63,930 nucleotides of DNA, filler included, from Aduncisulcus paluster (GCA_024181965.1; 9 parts of 9 records of this genome joined end to end with filler, not necessarily neighbours in it); one strand, 5' to 3'. Shown: positions 12,267-25,563, counted from the whole stretch's first letter. Translations and numbers: made by a program. The notes: generated by a model not told the origin, from the sequence alone.

Positions 12267-14530
12267 ATGATTTTACATCCTGTATCCCCATTTTTTTCAA
12301 AACTTCGGAGTAGGTCTATTATTGTAATTGGTTCGGTTTTTCAGAATATTATGTTGTCAAATTGGGTATATCCAAATTCTTATAAGAAAATTGCATCTAA
12401 ATATTTACAGAAAGGTGATTTTCATTGTATTCCAATTTCCCGAGATGAGCCCATGGTTCTTGAAGTATCTTTCCCAGAAATAATGGCGACATCTTGGGAC
12501 GAATCAAAACATCCTGCAACATGTGTTGCTGATCAGACTTATTTCGCTCAACAAATGATGAAAGGAGATAACAATTTTGGAGATTTTACCCTTATAAACA
12601 TTCCCTTTAAGTCATCTGTCTCCGTGAAAGGGGCCTATATTTGTATTAATGGGTATTCTTCTCTTTTAGTTCATCTGTTCTTCAAATTTATTTCTTCCAA
12701 AGGAGATATTGTTGGGAAGGAGTTTGAATTCTCCGTTTTACCTTCTGAATTGCTTGATTACCATTGGTTTTTCCTTCCTATTGATCTATCTGACGTTGTT
12801 GTATGTAGTATTACAGGTTCTGATAGAATAAGAAATCATTTTCATCTCCGATCTCTCGCGTTTGTAAGAGAAGAAACCCCCGAAGAATCGAAATTTCGAA
12901 CATCACGAATAGTTGAACTTGCCAAATTATGGTCTGAAGCTGTATGTTCCTTTTTGTTCTTTTCTTAGATGTCTTATTTGCATTCTCCCACTTTTCGTTT
13001 TGTTACATTTTTATTTCGTTTCAACTTTATATTATTCATAGATTGTAATGAAATCTAAATTTATCCCTCTAAAAGATGGTAAATTTCCCATTCCCACGCT
13101 TCCAGATCCATTGCTTGTTAGTCCCTCTTTTTCTAAAGTTTTGGCGAAGAATGATTCGATGAGCACTGTTTCTTGGGGATATTACCAGAGTTTACATGCA
13201 CAACAAATGTTACGAGGAAATAATTTTGTTACTCTGTCACATATTTCCATTCCTTTTGGTGTAACATCGAAGATGAAAGGTGCTTATATCTGTATAAATT
13301 CGAAATATAGTTCCCCTTCTCTTCTTTTCTCCTTCACTGATTCAAATAACAAGAAAACCCACAAAAAATGTGAATTTACAAAGCCTAAAGATTCATTTGA
13401 ATGGTATTTCCTTTCTATTGATTTGGATGATGTTATTTTGTGTGAAATACAGGGAAAAGGAACGTGGGATGAAAAAAATAGTAGATGTTTCTGTATTCAT
13501 TCCCTTGTATTTGTTAAAGGAGAAGAGAAGAAGGGTAAAAAATCGAAAGATAAACAGGAAATTTCTAGACATGACTCGCTAACCCTGACAACCGCATCAA
13601 ATCTCACTTCTCAGTGTATCATTGGCAGTGGCGGATTTGGAGAAGTTATTCTTATTAAAATTGATGGTATTCCTTTCCCATGTGTTCTGAAGAAGATGCT
13701 CAAAGTTGCAGATAAGAAAGTTGTGAAAGGGTGTCGGAAGGAGTTTAAAGTGCAACTCAAGTTGTTCAATAATCCCAAGTGTTTCAACCGTATCCCACGT
13801 CCTCTGTATATCCTTGACCTGCTTGATTCCGATATGAAGGGTGTATATGGCTTCTTGATGGAATTTTGTATTGGAGGCAGTGTGAATGCGTTTGCCAAGC
13901 GTTGGTGTGCTGATGACAAGTATGTGAGTGCATTGGATGATGGAAACTCACATTCAGACTCAGACTCAGACTCACATTCAGACTCAAGTTCTGCCTCTGA
14001 GAGTTCTGTCGATACTGCTTGCTTTGGCTTTGACCCTATGACACTGAACCCTGTGAAAGTGGCATCGTTATGTGTTGGAATGATCGAGTGTCTTGATGAT
14101 GTGTTCAGAGCAAAGAAGAGTCTTGTACATCGAGATATCAAACCTGACAACTTCCTTGTTCGTGTTGACCCGGCTTCAAAGAACTGCACCGTTGTCCTTG
14201 CCGATCTAGGTTTAGTGCAGATCCAGGATTCCATCTCCTCTTCGACGTCTTCCAAGAGTTTTGTGAGTTCTTCAATATCTTCCGATTCAACCAAGCTATC
14301 CAAGAATGGAACAACTCCACATGCTTCTAAACCCAAACGTTCCATCTGTGGGACCATTGTTTATAACTCATATGAAGCTCTCCAAGGTTTCCACAGTCAG
14401 AAGAGTGATGCGTATTCCCTTGGAATATCTATGCTTGCCTTGTTCATGGGTTGTGACCCTTTCCTTCAGATGCCTGGTCTGAGAGGAATCGAAGATCCAA
14501 TGATATTTATTGAGAAACTCACATTCATAC
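12267..14530 (+). CDS. Ser/Thr protein kinase with two tandem N-terminal lineage-specific beta-rich domains; 2 exons, 3'-truncated, start may be 12351
   Basis: Kinase motifs IGSGGFG, VLKK, HRDIKPDN, DLG and GTIVYNSYE. Two copies of IPF....KGAYICIN....L.F.F..S......K..EF.....W.FL.IDL.DV..C.I.G. The two ORFs are joined by an intron. Confidence 0.85.
12942..13041 (+). other. Spliceosomal intron, 100 nt, phase 0
   Basis: GTATGT...CATAG, pyrimidine-rich. It joins WSEA to IVMKSKF in frame. Confidence 0.85.
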
Positions 14531-14632
14531 NNNNNNNNNNNNNNNNNNNNNNNNNNNNNNNNNNNNNNNNNNNNTTAATTAATTAANNNNNNNNNNNNNN
14601 NNNNNNNNNNNNNNNNNNNNNNNNNNNNNNAT

Positions 14633-16303
14633 GATGTTTTTGGGCCTGTCTCCCAGGATACAACTTCTGCATGTGGATCTGACTCTTCCTCTTCCTCTTC
14701 TTCTGATTCGTGCTCATATCTGGAAGATCATCGTGTGTGTGGAGTTGATTATTCTGCTGGCAATGTTGATGATACTGAGTTGACATGCATCTGTGGGTCA
14801 GGATACTATGAAGACCTATCCTCTGGTGAATGTGTGTTAGCTTCTTCTGCTTCTTCTTCTTCTGAATGTTCCAACTGTGGTGGTGAGCGTGGTACATGTG
14901 TGTATGACTCTGGTGATGAATCTTCTCCACTATTCTGTGAGTGTTCTGATGGATGGTATGGGACTGATTGTTCATCAATTTGTCCTGTTTCTGATGACCT
15001 TGGTTTGTGCAGCGGATCTTCTCGTGGATCATGTGATGCTGCCACTCATACATGTGTGTGTGAGTCTGGGTATTATGGATCAGCGTGCAACCTCTATTGT
15101 GATAATTTGTCAAGATGTGGTCTGCATGGTCAATGTGCCGTTGATGATGATTTCTTTTCTGAGATATTGTATTGTAAATGTGATGCTGGATGGTATGGAT
15201 CAACATGTTTCACTCAATATCCTGTTGAGACTGTTGAGTATGTGAATGATGATGATGAAACAAACCCGACGATCGTTGATTATGTGTGTGGAGTTAATTA
15301 CTCCACAGATCCATCTTCATCATATTCAGACTATGGAACCTATTCACCAGATACTGACACATATTCGTGTGACTGTTCCTCCTATGGTCTTATCACTGAT
15401 GCATCCACATCCACATGCATTGATCCTGCAACTCACCCTTATTACAAGGACATTGCTGGAAATGACACTGCTTGCTTGACCTGTGGCACAACCACGGATA
15501 GTCATGGTACATGTATTCTTGGTGAAGGAGAAGATAGTCTCACGGCCATGTGTCAGTGTGAGTATGGATGGGGGAATGACAGTTCAACAGTCTCATCATC
15601 AGTATCATCATGCTCTGTTGACATGTGTGGAGTGAGTATGGATACTTACATAGAAAGCAATGTAGATCCATCCTCTCTGTGTTCATCTCATGGAGTGTGT
15701 TACTCGTATGATTCCAGTGATTCCAATAATGCTTCTAATATTCAGTATGCATGCGTATGTGATGATGGGTGGAATGGTATAATGTGTGGAGAAGAAGCAA
15801 GCAATGTTTTTAAAATATTTTTATGGATTTTTTCCATTTTGTTTTTAGTTTCCTTTTGCTTTTGCATTTTTGGATGTACTCTCTGGTTATGCTTGAAATT
15901 CAAACCCCAAGAGAATGCAAAGATTGCTAGTCAAGATGAACCAACCGATCCTTCTCCTTTCCAAAGGATCTCATCCCACGATGGAATCGTTGCGACGACA
16001 GTTGTGCAGGTAAGAGATGATGCATCCTTATCCTTTCAACATGATTCCTCAAAAGAATTTGAGCCCCCAGTTGCTGCCAGAGCTGAAACAATAGTAACTA
16101 TCAAGAGGAGAGTGAAGAAATCAAAGCTCGAGGAAAAAGAAAGAAAACGAAGGAAGAGGAAAAAGATCAAGGTTGAGAGAAAGGAAGAAATTGGATCTCA
16201 AGAAGATCTTGTTGATTTGGAGGCAAGTTCTGTGAAGAAGGCGAGTTCAAAGAGGAAGAAAAAAATCCATTTTAAACATCAAATTCAAGTTGATCAGCAC
16301 TAA
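14633..16303 (+). CDS. Cysteine-rich EGF-repeat type I membrane protein, 5'-truncated
   Basis: Several C.C..G(W/Y).G..C EGF motifs, a single TM (IFLWIFSILFLVSFCFCIFGCTLWLCL) and a Lys/Arg-rich cytoplasmic tail. Confidence 0.85.
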   Translation, partial: DVFGPVSQDTTSACGSDSSSSSSSDSCSYLEDHRVCGVDYSAGNVDDTELTCICGSGYYEDLSSGECVLASSASSSSECSNCGGERGTCVYDSGDESSPLFCECSDGWYGTDCSSICPVSDDLGLCSGSSRGSCDAATHTCVCESGYYGSACNLYCDNLSRCGLHGQCAVDDDFFSEILYCKCDAGWYGSTCFTQYPVETVEYVNDDDETNPTIVDYVCGVNYSTDPSSSYSDYGTYSPDTDTYSCDCSSYGLITDASTSTCIDPATHPYYKDIAGNDTACLTCGTTTDSHGTCILGEGEDSLTAMCQCEYGWGNDSSTVSSSVSSCSVDMCGVSMDTYIESNVDPSSLCSSHGVCYSYDSSDSNNASNIQYACVCDDGWNGIMCGEEASNVFKIFLWIFSILFLVSFCFCIFGCTLWLCLKFKPQENAKIASQDEPTDPSPFQRISSHDGIVATTVVQVRDDASLSFQHDSSKEFEPPVAARAETIVTIKRRVKKSKLEEKERKRRKRKKIKVERKEEIGSQEDLVDLEASSVKKASSKRKKKIHFKHQIQVDQH

Positions 16304-17291
16304 GTTATTGATGAGTTTGTTGAATAGATTTTACCACATTTCTGTGATGCTATTCCTCGTTATTTATTGTTATTATCCCCTTTTATTATTATATATTGTT
16401 GTTATTATTATTCTCTTAATTTATTTTTGTTTTTATTTTTTTAGACTGCTATTTTGATGTTCTAATATCGTTATGAATTGGTTTTGTTTATTTTTCATAT
16501 TGTTTTGTTCGTTAAATCTATTTCTATACAGTATTGTACTGTGACTATGATTTTTATTCGTAATTAATATTCCTATCTATCTCGTTTATAAACCATACAT
16601 TGTTTGTTTTGTTCTATTGTGTCGATTTTCTTTTATATTTCTTTTATTTTGTTAATATATAAAACAAATATGTATGGATTCTGATAATTCTGTCAGATGG
16701 TAGTATTATACAAATGCCGTATTATTTTAAAACCATTATTGCTGTTTTTGATCCAGTTCTCTACTTCGTTATATTCTTCTAATCATAAGAATTTCTATAC
16801 TGTACTGTACTATTATAGTATAATAAACGATTTTACAATTTATTGATATGACAGTTCACCGAACGTGTCTATTTATAGATCCTGAGACATTACCACATCC
16901 TCCTCTTACTTTGCGGGAGTATCTTCGATATCTCACGGTTCTACAAGGGTATCTTGATCAAAAGGGTTACAAGCGTAGCGTATAACACTGCGTTTGTGGT
17001 GTGTATAGCACGTATCTCTGTTATTGTTTGTTATCGTTTTTACATGTATTTCTCATGTTCTATTTATAGATTATATTGCTCCGATTTACTTTAATAAATT
17101 GTACCAAGTTAACAGTATTAATACATGGTGGCGAGGTATGGTCAGAAAATGGTCATGAGAGTAGTACTCTTGCTATGAGTACAAATGGAAANNNNNNNNN
17201 NNNNNNNNNNNNNNNNNNNNNNNNNNNNNNNNNNNTTAATTAATTAANNNNNNNNNNNNNNNNNNNNNNNNNNNNNNNNNNNNNNNNNNNN

Positions 17292-19595
17292 CTTCAATGT
17301 CACAGATATTATTATCACTGATGTCAAGAGTTGTGAGAACAGCATCAGTATCATCAGGGAACATGGAAGATGTGATGAGAACAGATACATCAGAGATGGA
17401 GTTGTTTGAGAGATCTAGGGATGTCAGTTTGAATTGGTCTGTGGTTGAGTCTCCAGAAGCAATGGGAGTCAAGTCAAGCACATCACTGATAGCACTCAAT
17501 CCACATCCACTCGCAGATAAGGATGTAAGACCAGAATCAATGGATCCAGACGTCACAGCCTTTGCCAAGATCTGAACAACCAACTTATCATACTCAGCAT
17601 TGGAATTAATATCTCCACTCAAGTCATACCCATCAATGGTCAGAGAGGTCAGTGAAGTGGCATACTCAAGACCTTGCAGAGTCGTGATGGAATTCACAGA
17701 ACTTAAGGAAGCTGCAGAAGCTATGTCTGGAAGTGACAATGACTCATTACTATTAGCATCCAATGGACATGTCAAAACACTCCTCATGGTGGCAACACTG
17801 ATTATTCCAGAGTCTAGATCATTAGTTCCTCCAGGTAAACAATTAGCAACCAAGTACTGACGAATATAATCATCATGAACAGTGTAACACTCACCACTGC
17901 TCCCTTCCTTCGCAATGAATGCACATTGTTTCTCATTCACACCATCCACACTGTTGTACACCTCATTCAGAACTATTGAAGGGCATTGCGTTGGATATGT
18001 TTCTGAGTCACATACATAATCATCCTCATTGTTCAAAGCACAACTATTGGGAATAAAGACATTATATGAGTCATTAGATGAGTAATGAATTGGAAAGACA
18101 GTCGTTATAAATGTCCAATATTCGGTATCATCTTCTGATCTACAGAGAGGTATGAATGCAGAATAATATGTATCAGCAATACGAATATAATCCAATCCAA
18201 CATTCCTAAATGAGACAGATATATCATAGATTTGTTCATTCCCATAAATATGCAATCTATACAATCTATTCAATGTGAACAAGGAATTGAGATCATAAAT
18301 ATTGCCATTAAAGGTAGTTAAATTCTGATGAAAATATAAGTATGATAGTTGTTCAAGGAAAGAAATAGGGAAAACTGATGTTATATCTGTATCTTGTCCA
18401 CCGAAATAATAAATGTTTATCAAATACTGAGCACCTTCAAAGGTTGTAATATGGGAACCATATGAGTAAAAATTCACATTTATCGCAGCCATTTCAAACT
18501 CTGTGACATCACAAAGAGGATCGACTGTAATATCATATCCAGCGGCATCACACACTTTACCTCTGAACAACTTATCAGGGATATGCACGGAATACAGTTC
18601 ATCACAATCGTCACCATACCAAGCAGATCGACACTCAGCAGTTGGAGTTGAATCACCATCTACGAGCACACACATGTGATAGTCATCATTAATGGATGGA
18701 CAAACATATGTAGCATCTTCAGCATAACATGAATAATTGGCCTCATCGTAATAATACCCTTCCTCACACTCGGCTGCATAACGACCAGGATATACCTCAT
18801 TGCACTCCAAATGGTCATCAATGGTGAATGTACGATCACATTCAGGGGAGTATACAGGAACAAGGGTGGAGCATGAAGCATCACCATACCAAGTGTCACA
18901 CTCACACACATGATCAGTGGTGTTACAACTTCCGTGGCCAGAACATACTTCACCTCCAACAATTGGACACTCACTCGAGCAGTCTTCTCCATACCATCCA
19001 GATAGACAGGGAGAAGCACACAGGACAGACGAACTGACGGAATCATAAATGGCGACGACATCTTCTTTCCTCTCACACACTTGACAACGGATAACATTGT
19101 CATCCTCAACACCAAGATCCTCTGCACATGTCTCGCCAGTGATATCGGATGGGTTAACCGAATAACCACTGGTACACGCTTTTATACATGTATTCGTGTT
19201 TTTATCCAAGTAATACCCATGCCAGCACTCAACTTGGTAATCGCCATCAGAGCGTTGGCGACACGTCTTGTGAGCAAAAAAGGACACATCAGCTCCAGAC
19301 TCGGAACATGGGCAAGTGGATTGGTTAGATGCAGTGAGGGTGGTAAGATTTGTGAAATACGATTGGAATGACATCACGACGGAATTAATGTCACAGATGG
19401 AGTTGCCACTGATATTCAGAGAAGTCAAAGAATCGCCAGGGAAGATAGATGATGTGATGAGAACAGATACATCAGAGATGGAGTTGTTTGAGAGATCTAG
19501 GGATGTCAGTTTGAATTGGTCTGTGGTTGAGTCTCCAGAAGCAATGGGAGTCAAGTCAAGCACATCACTGATAGCACTCAATCCACAGCCACTCG
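17292..19595 (-). CDS. Internal fragment of a large LRR + EGF/Cys-rich surface protein
   Basis: The frame is open across the whole contig. Internalin-like LRRs (LTSLDLSNNSISDVSVL; ITTLQGLEYATSLTSL) alternate with EGF motifs (CSGHGSCNTTDHVCEC). Confidence 0.85.
17369..19595. repeat. Near-identical coding repeat, 17369-17513 vs 19451-19595 (offset 2082 nt = 694 codons)
   Basis: A 145-nt match with one mismatch, encoding LSAISDVLDLTPIASGDSTTDQFKLTSLDLSNNSISDVSVLITS. Confidence 0.9.
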
Positions 19596-19695
19596 NNNNN
19601 NNNNNNNNNNNNNNNNNNNNNNNNNNNNNNNNNNNNNNNTTAATTAATTAANNNNNNNNNNNNNNNNNNNNNNNNNNNNNNNNNNNNNNNNNNNN

Positions 19696-22600
19696 CAATG
19701 TGTTGGAAATGAAGCGAGATCTCTGTGATGCCACATATTGAACCTGTCCAAGGCGTTCATTGGCAGTTGTAAGAGCAGTGAGAGAGAACAAGGGGGTAGA
19801 GTGGGTGAGGGAGTCGAAGAACGCAGGGAGACTCGCCTCAGATTTCCTTGCACCTTGTCTATCGTCTGATTTAACAAGATCCTCTTTCCTTTCCATCCTC
19901 CGATCTCTCTCCGCACCTCTAAGATTGACTCCATTTTCAATTCCAAAGCCATATTCTTCATCCAATAGTCGAATATGGGTGTCTAACACGGCACGTTGAC
20001 GAAGACTCTCAGAATACGAGGCAAAAGCCATTTGTTCCTCTCGTTCAGCGTTTGCAAGCACAGCACGAGCTTCTTTGACTCTCTCTTGTTTCTCGAACCA
20101 CTCTGCTTCCCGCTGCTCCTCTCTCTCCCTCTCGCTCATCCAGCGTTCCATGAGAGTTCTCACCCGTTTCACGACTACCTCGACTTCTTCGTATGAAACC
20201 CAATCGTCCTCTCGCCACATGCTTCCACTGACACTGCTGAGGAACGAAAGACGCCTTCGGAGGGTGTCTTCAAGGATGCAGAGCTCACGCACATAAAGAG
20301 AGAAGGACGTTGCATGCTGCGAATGGATCTGAGATTTAGATTGGAGTAGACCTAAGATATGGCGACGGATTGATGCAAGAGATGAAGAAAGAGTCGAACA
20401 CATCGACAAAGCAGCTGATGTTTTGGTCCTTGATAAATGGGCCTCTGTTTCAGATTCCACAGATGCTGAGCTATTATCCTTAGGTTTTCCAATGAAGAAA
20501 TCATCATAAAAGGATGAAGACTCAGTCCCAACTTGAGCATTTGAACCCATGCCACGTCCACGGATATCTAAACCTCCATGTCCGAGCATGTCTTCGGCAT
20601 GATCAACGGAATCCTCATCAAAACTCAATTCAGTCTTCATCAATTCTTTTAGTTTATGGTCAGTTCTTGAGAAACTATCAATGCTTCTCAAAATATCTGA
20701 ATCCACGACACCCAATTCCTCGCTGTAACGTGAAACGTCACCAGTTACATTCTTAATGCGTTCTTGGCATGCCTTGATAGCCTTGGTGGCTTCTTCTTGA
20801 AGATCAAATGCGTCTTTCTTCTCTTTATGGGAGAACTCACTCAAGGGAGGCAAGGGCGGCAACAAGGAGGACATTGAAAATGAAGACTGAGGGAGATTGG
20901 TGGATTGTTCAATCCGTTTCTCTCTTTTGATCAGCTCTTCGCTCCTCTTCTTACCACGCTCACGCTTGGCCTCGTCTCTTCCCGATTTGATCATCCACAA
21001 CCTTTCAGCAGCTCTAAGGTTATTCAACAAAGCATCCTTTTCCTTCTCAAGTTGGAGAAGGGAATCTTTCATGTCTGCATACTTCTGGGCATACTCTGAG
21101 TGTGATCCTGGGACAATATGGGATGCCACAGATAGAGATACGGTTGAACGAGAGTATAGCGGAGTGGTGGAAGATGCATCTCTAACTCCAAAGGCTGTCA
21201 TGGGCATTCCTGCTTCTGCAGTTTTTCCGAGGGAGTGTTCAGTCAAAGACCGTCCAAGCATCCCCGCAGATGATAGTCCTGCGGTGCCCTCACGTGATAA
21301 CTGAGACAACGACAGAGGAATAGAAGAGGAAGAAGCAGCAGTTCGAATGGGACTTGATCGAGGTGATCCATTTTTGCCGGGACCCTGTTGTCGATGGTGA
21401 GATCCATGGTCTCTGCTTTTCTTCTTCCTATGACTTCCATGTTTTCTCCCTGATGTTGAGCCATCTCTAGCGGGATCCATTGAAGGTCTATCTGTGCGCA
21501 GAACAAGAGCAGGCAGAACAAACCCACCAATTCTTTTCCCTCTGCTTCCTTTCTTACCAGCTCCGTCTACTAACAATGCCCTTAAATTGTTGAGTGCAGC
21601 AGAAGCTCTAGCCAGCATCGAAATAGATCTCCGATCAAATATGTGGTCAAGGAAAGAAAGGAAAGTGATTGTTGATTCACATGTACTCTCAATCCCTTGA
21701 GCTGTTGATAAATTGGACATCAAAGAACCAGACCGTACATCTTTTTCTCTACCGACTCCACCAGGACCTCCCTTTGCCTTCTCAAAAGCACTAAATACAG
21801 TTGTCTCAATCCCACTGTCTGACTGTTCAGATTCTCCGGTCAATCCTCCTATTCCTTGTTTACCAGCAGTGGCACTTGAACGATCTTTCCCAACAAAAGA
21901 GTAAGCAAGATCTGTGATTTGAACACTCGTGAACCCATTATCATCCAGAACAATCTCTTTGACACCTGTCCAACTCCTAACTCTGGAACAAAACCCTTCA
22001 GAGAACAGAGATGTCAATGAACCAAAGTTGACGCCACTCAAGTCCACTCGGACAGCAGATACACACTGAGATAACATTGAGAGCAAGCGAAGAGAGGAAG
22101 CCCTGGACGAAGAGAGAAGGGAAGGATTGTACGACAAGTCAATGAGATGCAACATGAAGGGACGAGAAGAAGGAAACCGTGAGGATGATTCATTAACACA
22201 CTTCAGAGTATGTCCAATGCTGGCACACACTTCACCTGCGCATCCACAATCACTCACACATAGCGCTGCTGAACTGAAGGGATGAGTCATCCAGTTGTCA
22301 GTCAGAGTATCCACAAGATGGGATAGAGAATCGCCAAGAGGGTTATGGGAAAGACTCAAAAAGGTCAAGGGAAAAATAAGAGGATTAGATTCAGAGGGAA
22401 GAAGAAGAGGAAGAAGAGGAAGAGGAAGAGGAAGAAGAGGGAATGATCGGAGAGCTAGACCTATGAACGGCACGAGAAAGAACTTCATTTGAATCTGAAG
22501 TAATCACATTTCCACTCAAATCTAAACCACAGAGACAACAAAAGTTCTTACCGGCTAGCCTGTTATTTTTACCATCACCACCGGTACGAACCGAACTTTC

Positions 22601-25033
22601 AGTCATATATTTCATGGCTTTGAGGGTCTGAGCACTCGAATGGGGCCTCCATGACTCTTCTTCTTCGACACCGCATGCTATTTTTAGAGTTGAGAAAGAT
22701 AAAGGGGCATGAAATAATTCGTGAGGAATGACGAGAGAGTCACACATAATCTCATCGGTACTTGTACTTATCTTGGAGCAAGCCAATATGGAAGAGGAAG
22801 GGGAAATCATCTTGACATTGGGAAAAGGAGAAGGAATACCACCAATACTCTTAATGAATGGCTGCAAACATTCCTTCACAGCCACATCTTCAATATTACA
22901 ATACGATAAATCTAAATGCTTGACGGTAGGACAGACAGAGAGAATCTCAACAATGCACCACAAAAGATCCCTTTCCAGAGGAATGTGTGCCAACGACAGG
23001 ATGGAAGGGAGTAGGCATCTTCCTGAGGGAGCTGGTGACAAGTACAAAGGCTGTACAGGGCCAGAGATTGTTGGTCGATGTCTGTGAGCTGACTTATCGC
23101 CTTTATCAGAGTCATTGAGGAGCATGAGTAAAGTATCACAGATGTGCATTACAATGTCCTTGGGCTCAATGATTCCTCCATCGACAAGTGAAGACACCAT
23201 TGAAGAGGGAGAAGAGGAGGAAGAGGAGGAAGATGTCATCGAGGATGATAGAGAAGAGGAGGAAGGGTAACGGGATATGAGATGCTGTCTAACACCATCA
23301 ATACGTTTGGAGGTGACATCAGAAAGAGCAAAGAAGGCTTCTTCATCATGAATAGAAAGGAGAGTGTGAGAGAGGAAGAATGGTGAGGCAGAGGAGACGC
23401 CATTGTTTCCCGGTTTAGCCACAGAAGATGAACCACTACCGTCCGAAACCGGTCCGATACCGGTAGCCTCACCGGTAGAAGTACCGGCTGGTCCCATATT
23501 ATTTTTGTTTAATGGTTCTTCTCTATTCCCGATCTGACATTTGTGGGGCACCGGATAAGTATATTTGTCCTGATTCTTAACGTTGAACAGTTTCTCAACG
23601 TTGCTTCTTTTTTTAGTTGTACTTTTCCCACCTTGAGAAGTAAATATATCGTCAATCTTAGTAACAATATCTGAGCTAGCAAAACATTCATCTACATACA
23701 CAACAGGGTGGTTTGGATGATTAAAACATGCTGTGGCAAGTGGCATGATGGACGTATCCGTTAATAGATTGTGAGAAAGTCCAAGAAAAGAAAGACTTGA
23801 CATAATAGGTTTATCCAATACATTGATAAAATGCTTCAGCCCTTCGTCTCCAATGTTATTTCGAGAGAGAGAGATGGATATCAGAGATGAACGCTCTGAT
23901 CTCCTTGGTTTCGAGGGGAGGAGAGAAGAAGAGGAGGAAGATGAAGGCGATTTCACAAGAGAAGCATCTGCAGAAGAGCCTCCAGCCTCAGAGCGAACTT
24001 TTTTAGACACAAGAGCATCTTGTGAGGCCAGATTAATAAAGTGAACGAGACCACATAACCCTGAAGAAGCTATACGATTGTTGGAGATGTTCAAACTCTC
24101 AAGGACAGACCAATCAAGGCAGCGACCAAGAGTATATGCGTCTGAGGGCGTGAGATCACAGCCACTAAGTTCAACGTGGTGCAAACGATGGGCAAATGAT
24201 TCCGAAAATAGACCATCACGGACTCCACTGCCAATAGACGTGTTTGAAAGGGAGAAACCAACAACTTTTAAGCAAGAAAATATCTTAGAAAGGGCGATGG
24301 CAGACCGGTGTGTGATATTAGCATTGTTTGAGAAATTGAGGTTCCGAATCCCAATCTTTCCTTTCAAAACTGATGGGGAGGATGATAATGAGCCTGGAAA
24401 TGCCGAAGGGATCAGAGAATGTTGTTTTCTCGCAAGTAAAACATTGCTTTCTTCAATAATATATTTTGATGCATCAATCAACACAGAATCATCAAGACCA
24501 CAATTTACAAATGATACAGATTCAAAATTATGCTGTGAAAAGTGCACTAATACTGAAGAAAGATGAGATGCAGAAAATAATGAATCAATCGAATGAGAAG
24601 GCTTGGAACCTCTGGTTTTTGATGCCTTTTTAATTTCTAAATGAATATTTTGCCACATAGAGTCGGTATATTCAACGTAAAATCTCTTCAAATTCCCAAC
24701 ATATTGAAAAATGGATAATATTTGTTGTTGATTAATATCGGTGTTAATAAACGATATCTCTTCAATAAATGCATGTGTGGATAAGAAAACACCAAGAAAA
24801 TCAATCAAATCATTTGAAATTGAAACATTATGGAGTTCAATCTCTCTATAGGGACAACCCTCAACTTTAAACAGACTTACCAATGGTTGAAGTGATTCTG
24901 CATCAAGTGGAAATAAATATGAACTCTTTAAGGATAGATCAAGAGAACTCAATGGGATAGAACTCATATCAATAACATTATCTACTAAAGGAGGGCATAA
25001 AATGAACCTCTTCCCGGCAATTTTCAATCCCAT
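19696..25033 (-). CDS. Large RNI-like LRR protein with C-terminal coiled coils; one gene with a +1 frameshift near 22396; 3'-truncated
   Basis: RNI-type repeats (ISISLSRNNIGDEGL, HLDLSYCNIEDVAV, FLSLSHNPLGD) occur in both ORFs, 22391..25033 and 19648..22488. Removing one base in the TCT/TCC run fuses them. Confidence 0.75.
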
Positions 25034-25563
25034 TGTAGCTAGAGGACATGGATGAAGTCCTAATTTCTAAAAAAATCCAAAGATAAACGTAAAAATATCT
25101 AAATACAACAAAAAACAAAAAATACACGGTCATATTTGAAATTCACATACCATACAATCACTATGATATAATTCTGCTGCAGAAGGTGGCATCTTAGGCC
25201 CTGTAGATTTTCTCATGATTGTAGATTCGAAGGAAAACCTAACCTCTCTACGTCTCTATCGAATTACAATGTTTTTGGTGGTCTTTATGAATCGAAATCA
25301 ATTTATTCTATACTAATGATAATATAATCTCAAAATTCATGCAAAAATAGCAAAACTAAGAACGATAAAGACATGAAGCCAAAAGAAGAATAAATTTTAC
25401 TAATAATAAAATGAAAACAACTTATCACAAAAGATAATAGGACACAATTCATGCCGAATTAGCATGCCAAGAATAATTTTTTATGTTCGAATGAGAGAAA
25501 GAAGCGATGAACTTACATCTTTGTCAAGATTTCTCGAAAACCTATTATATATAACAGAAATTA

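Noticed and set aside
18050..18490. Diversity-generating retroelement variable region
   Set aside because: No template repeat differing only at adenines and no reverse transcriptase in the window.
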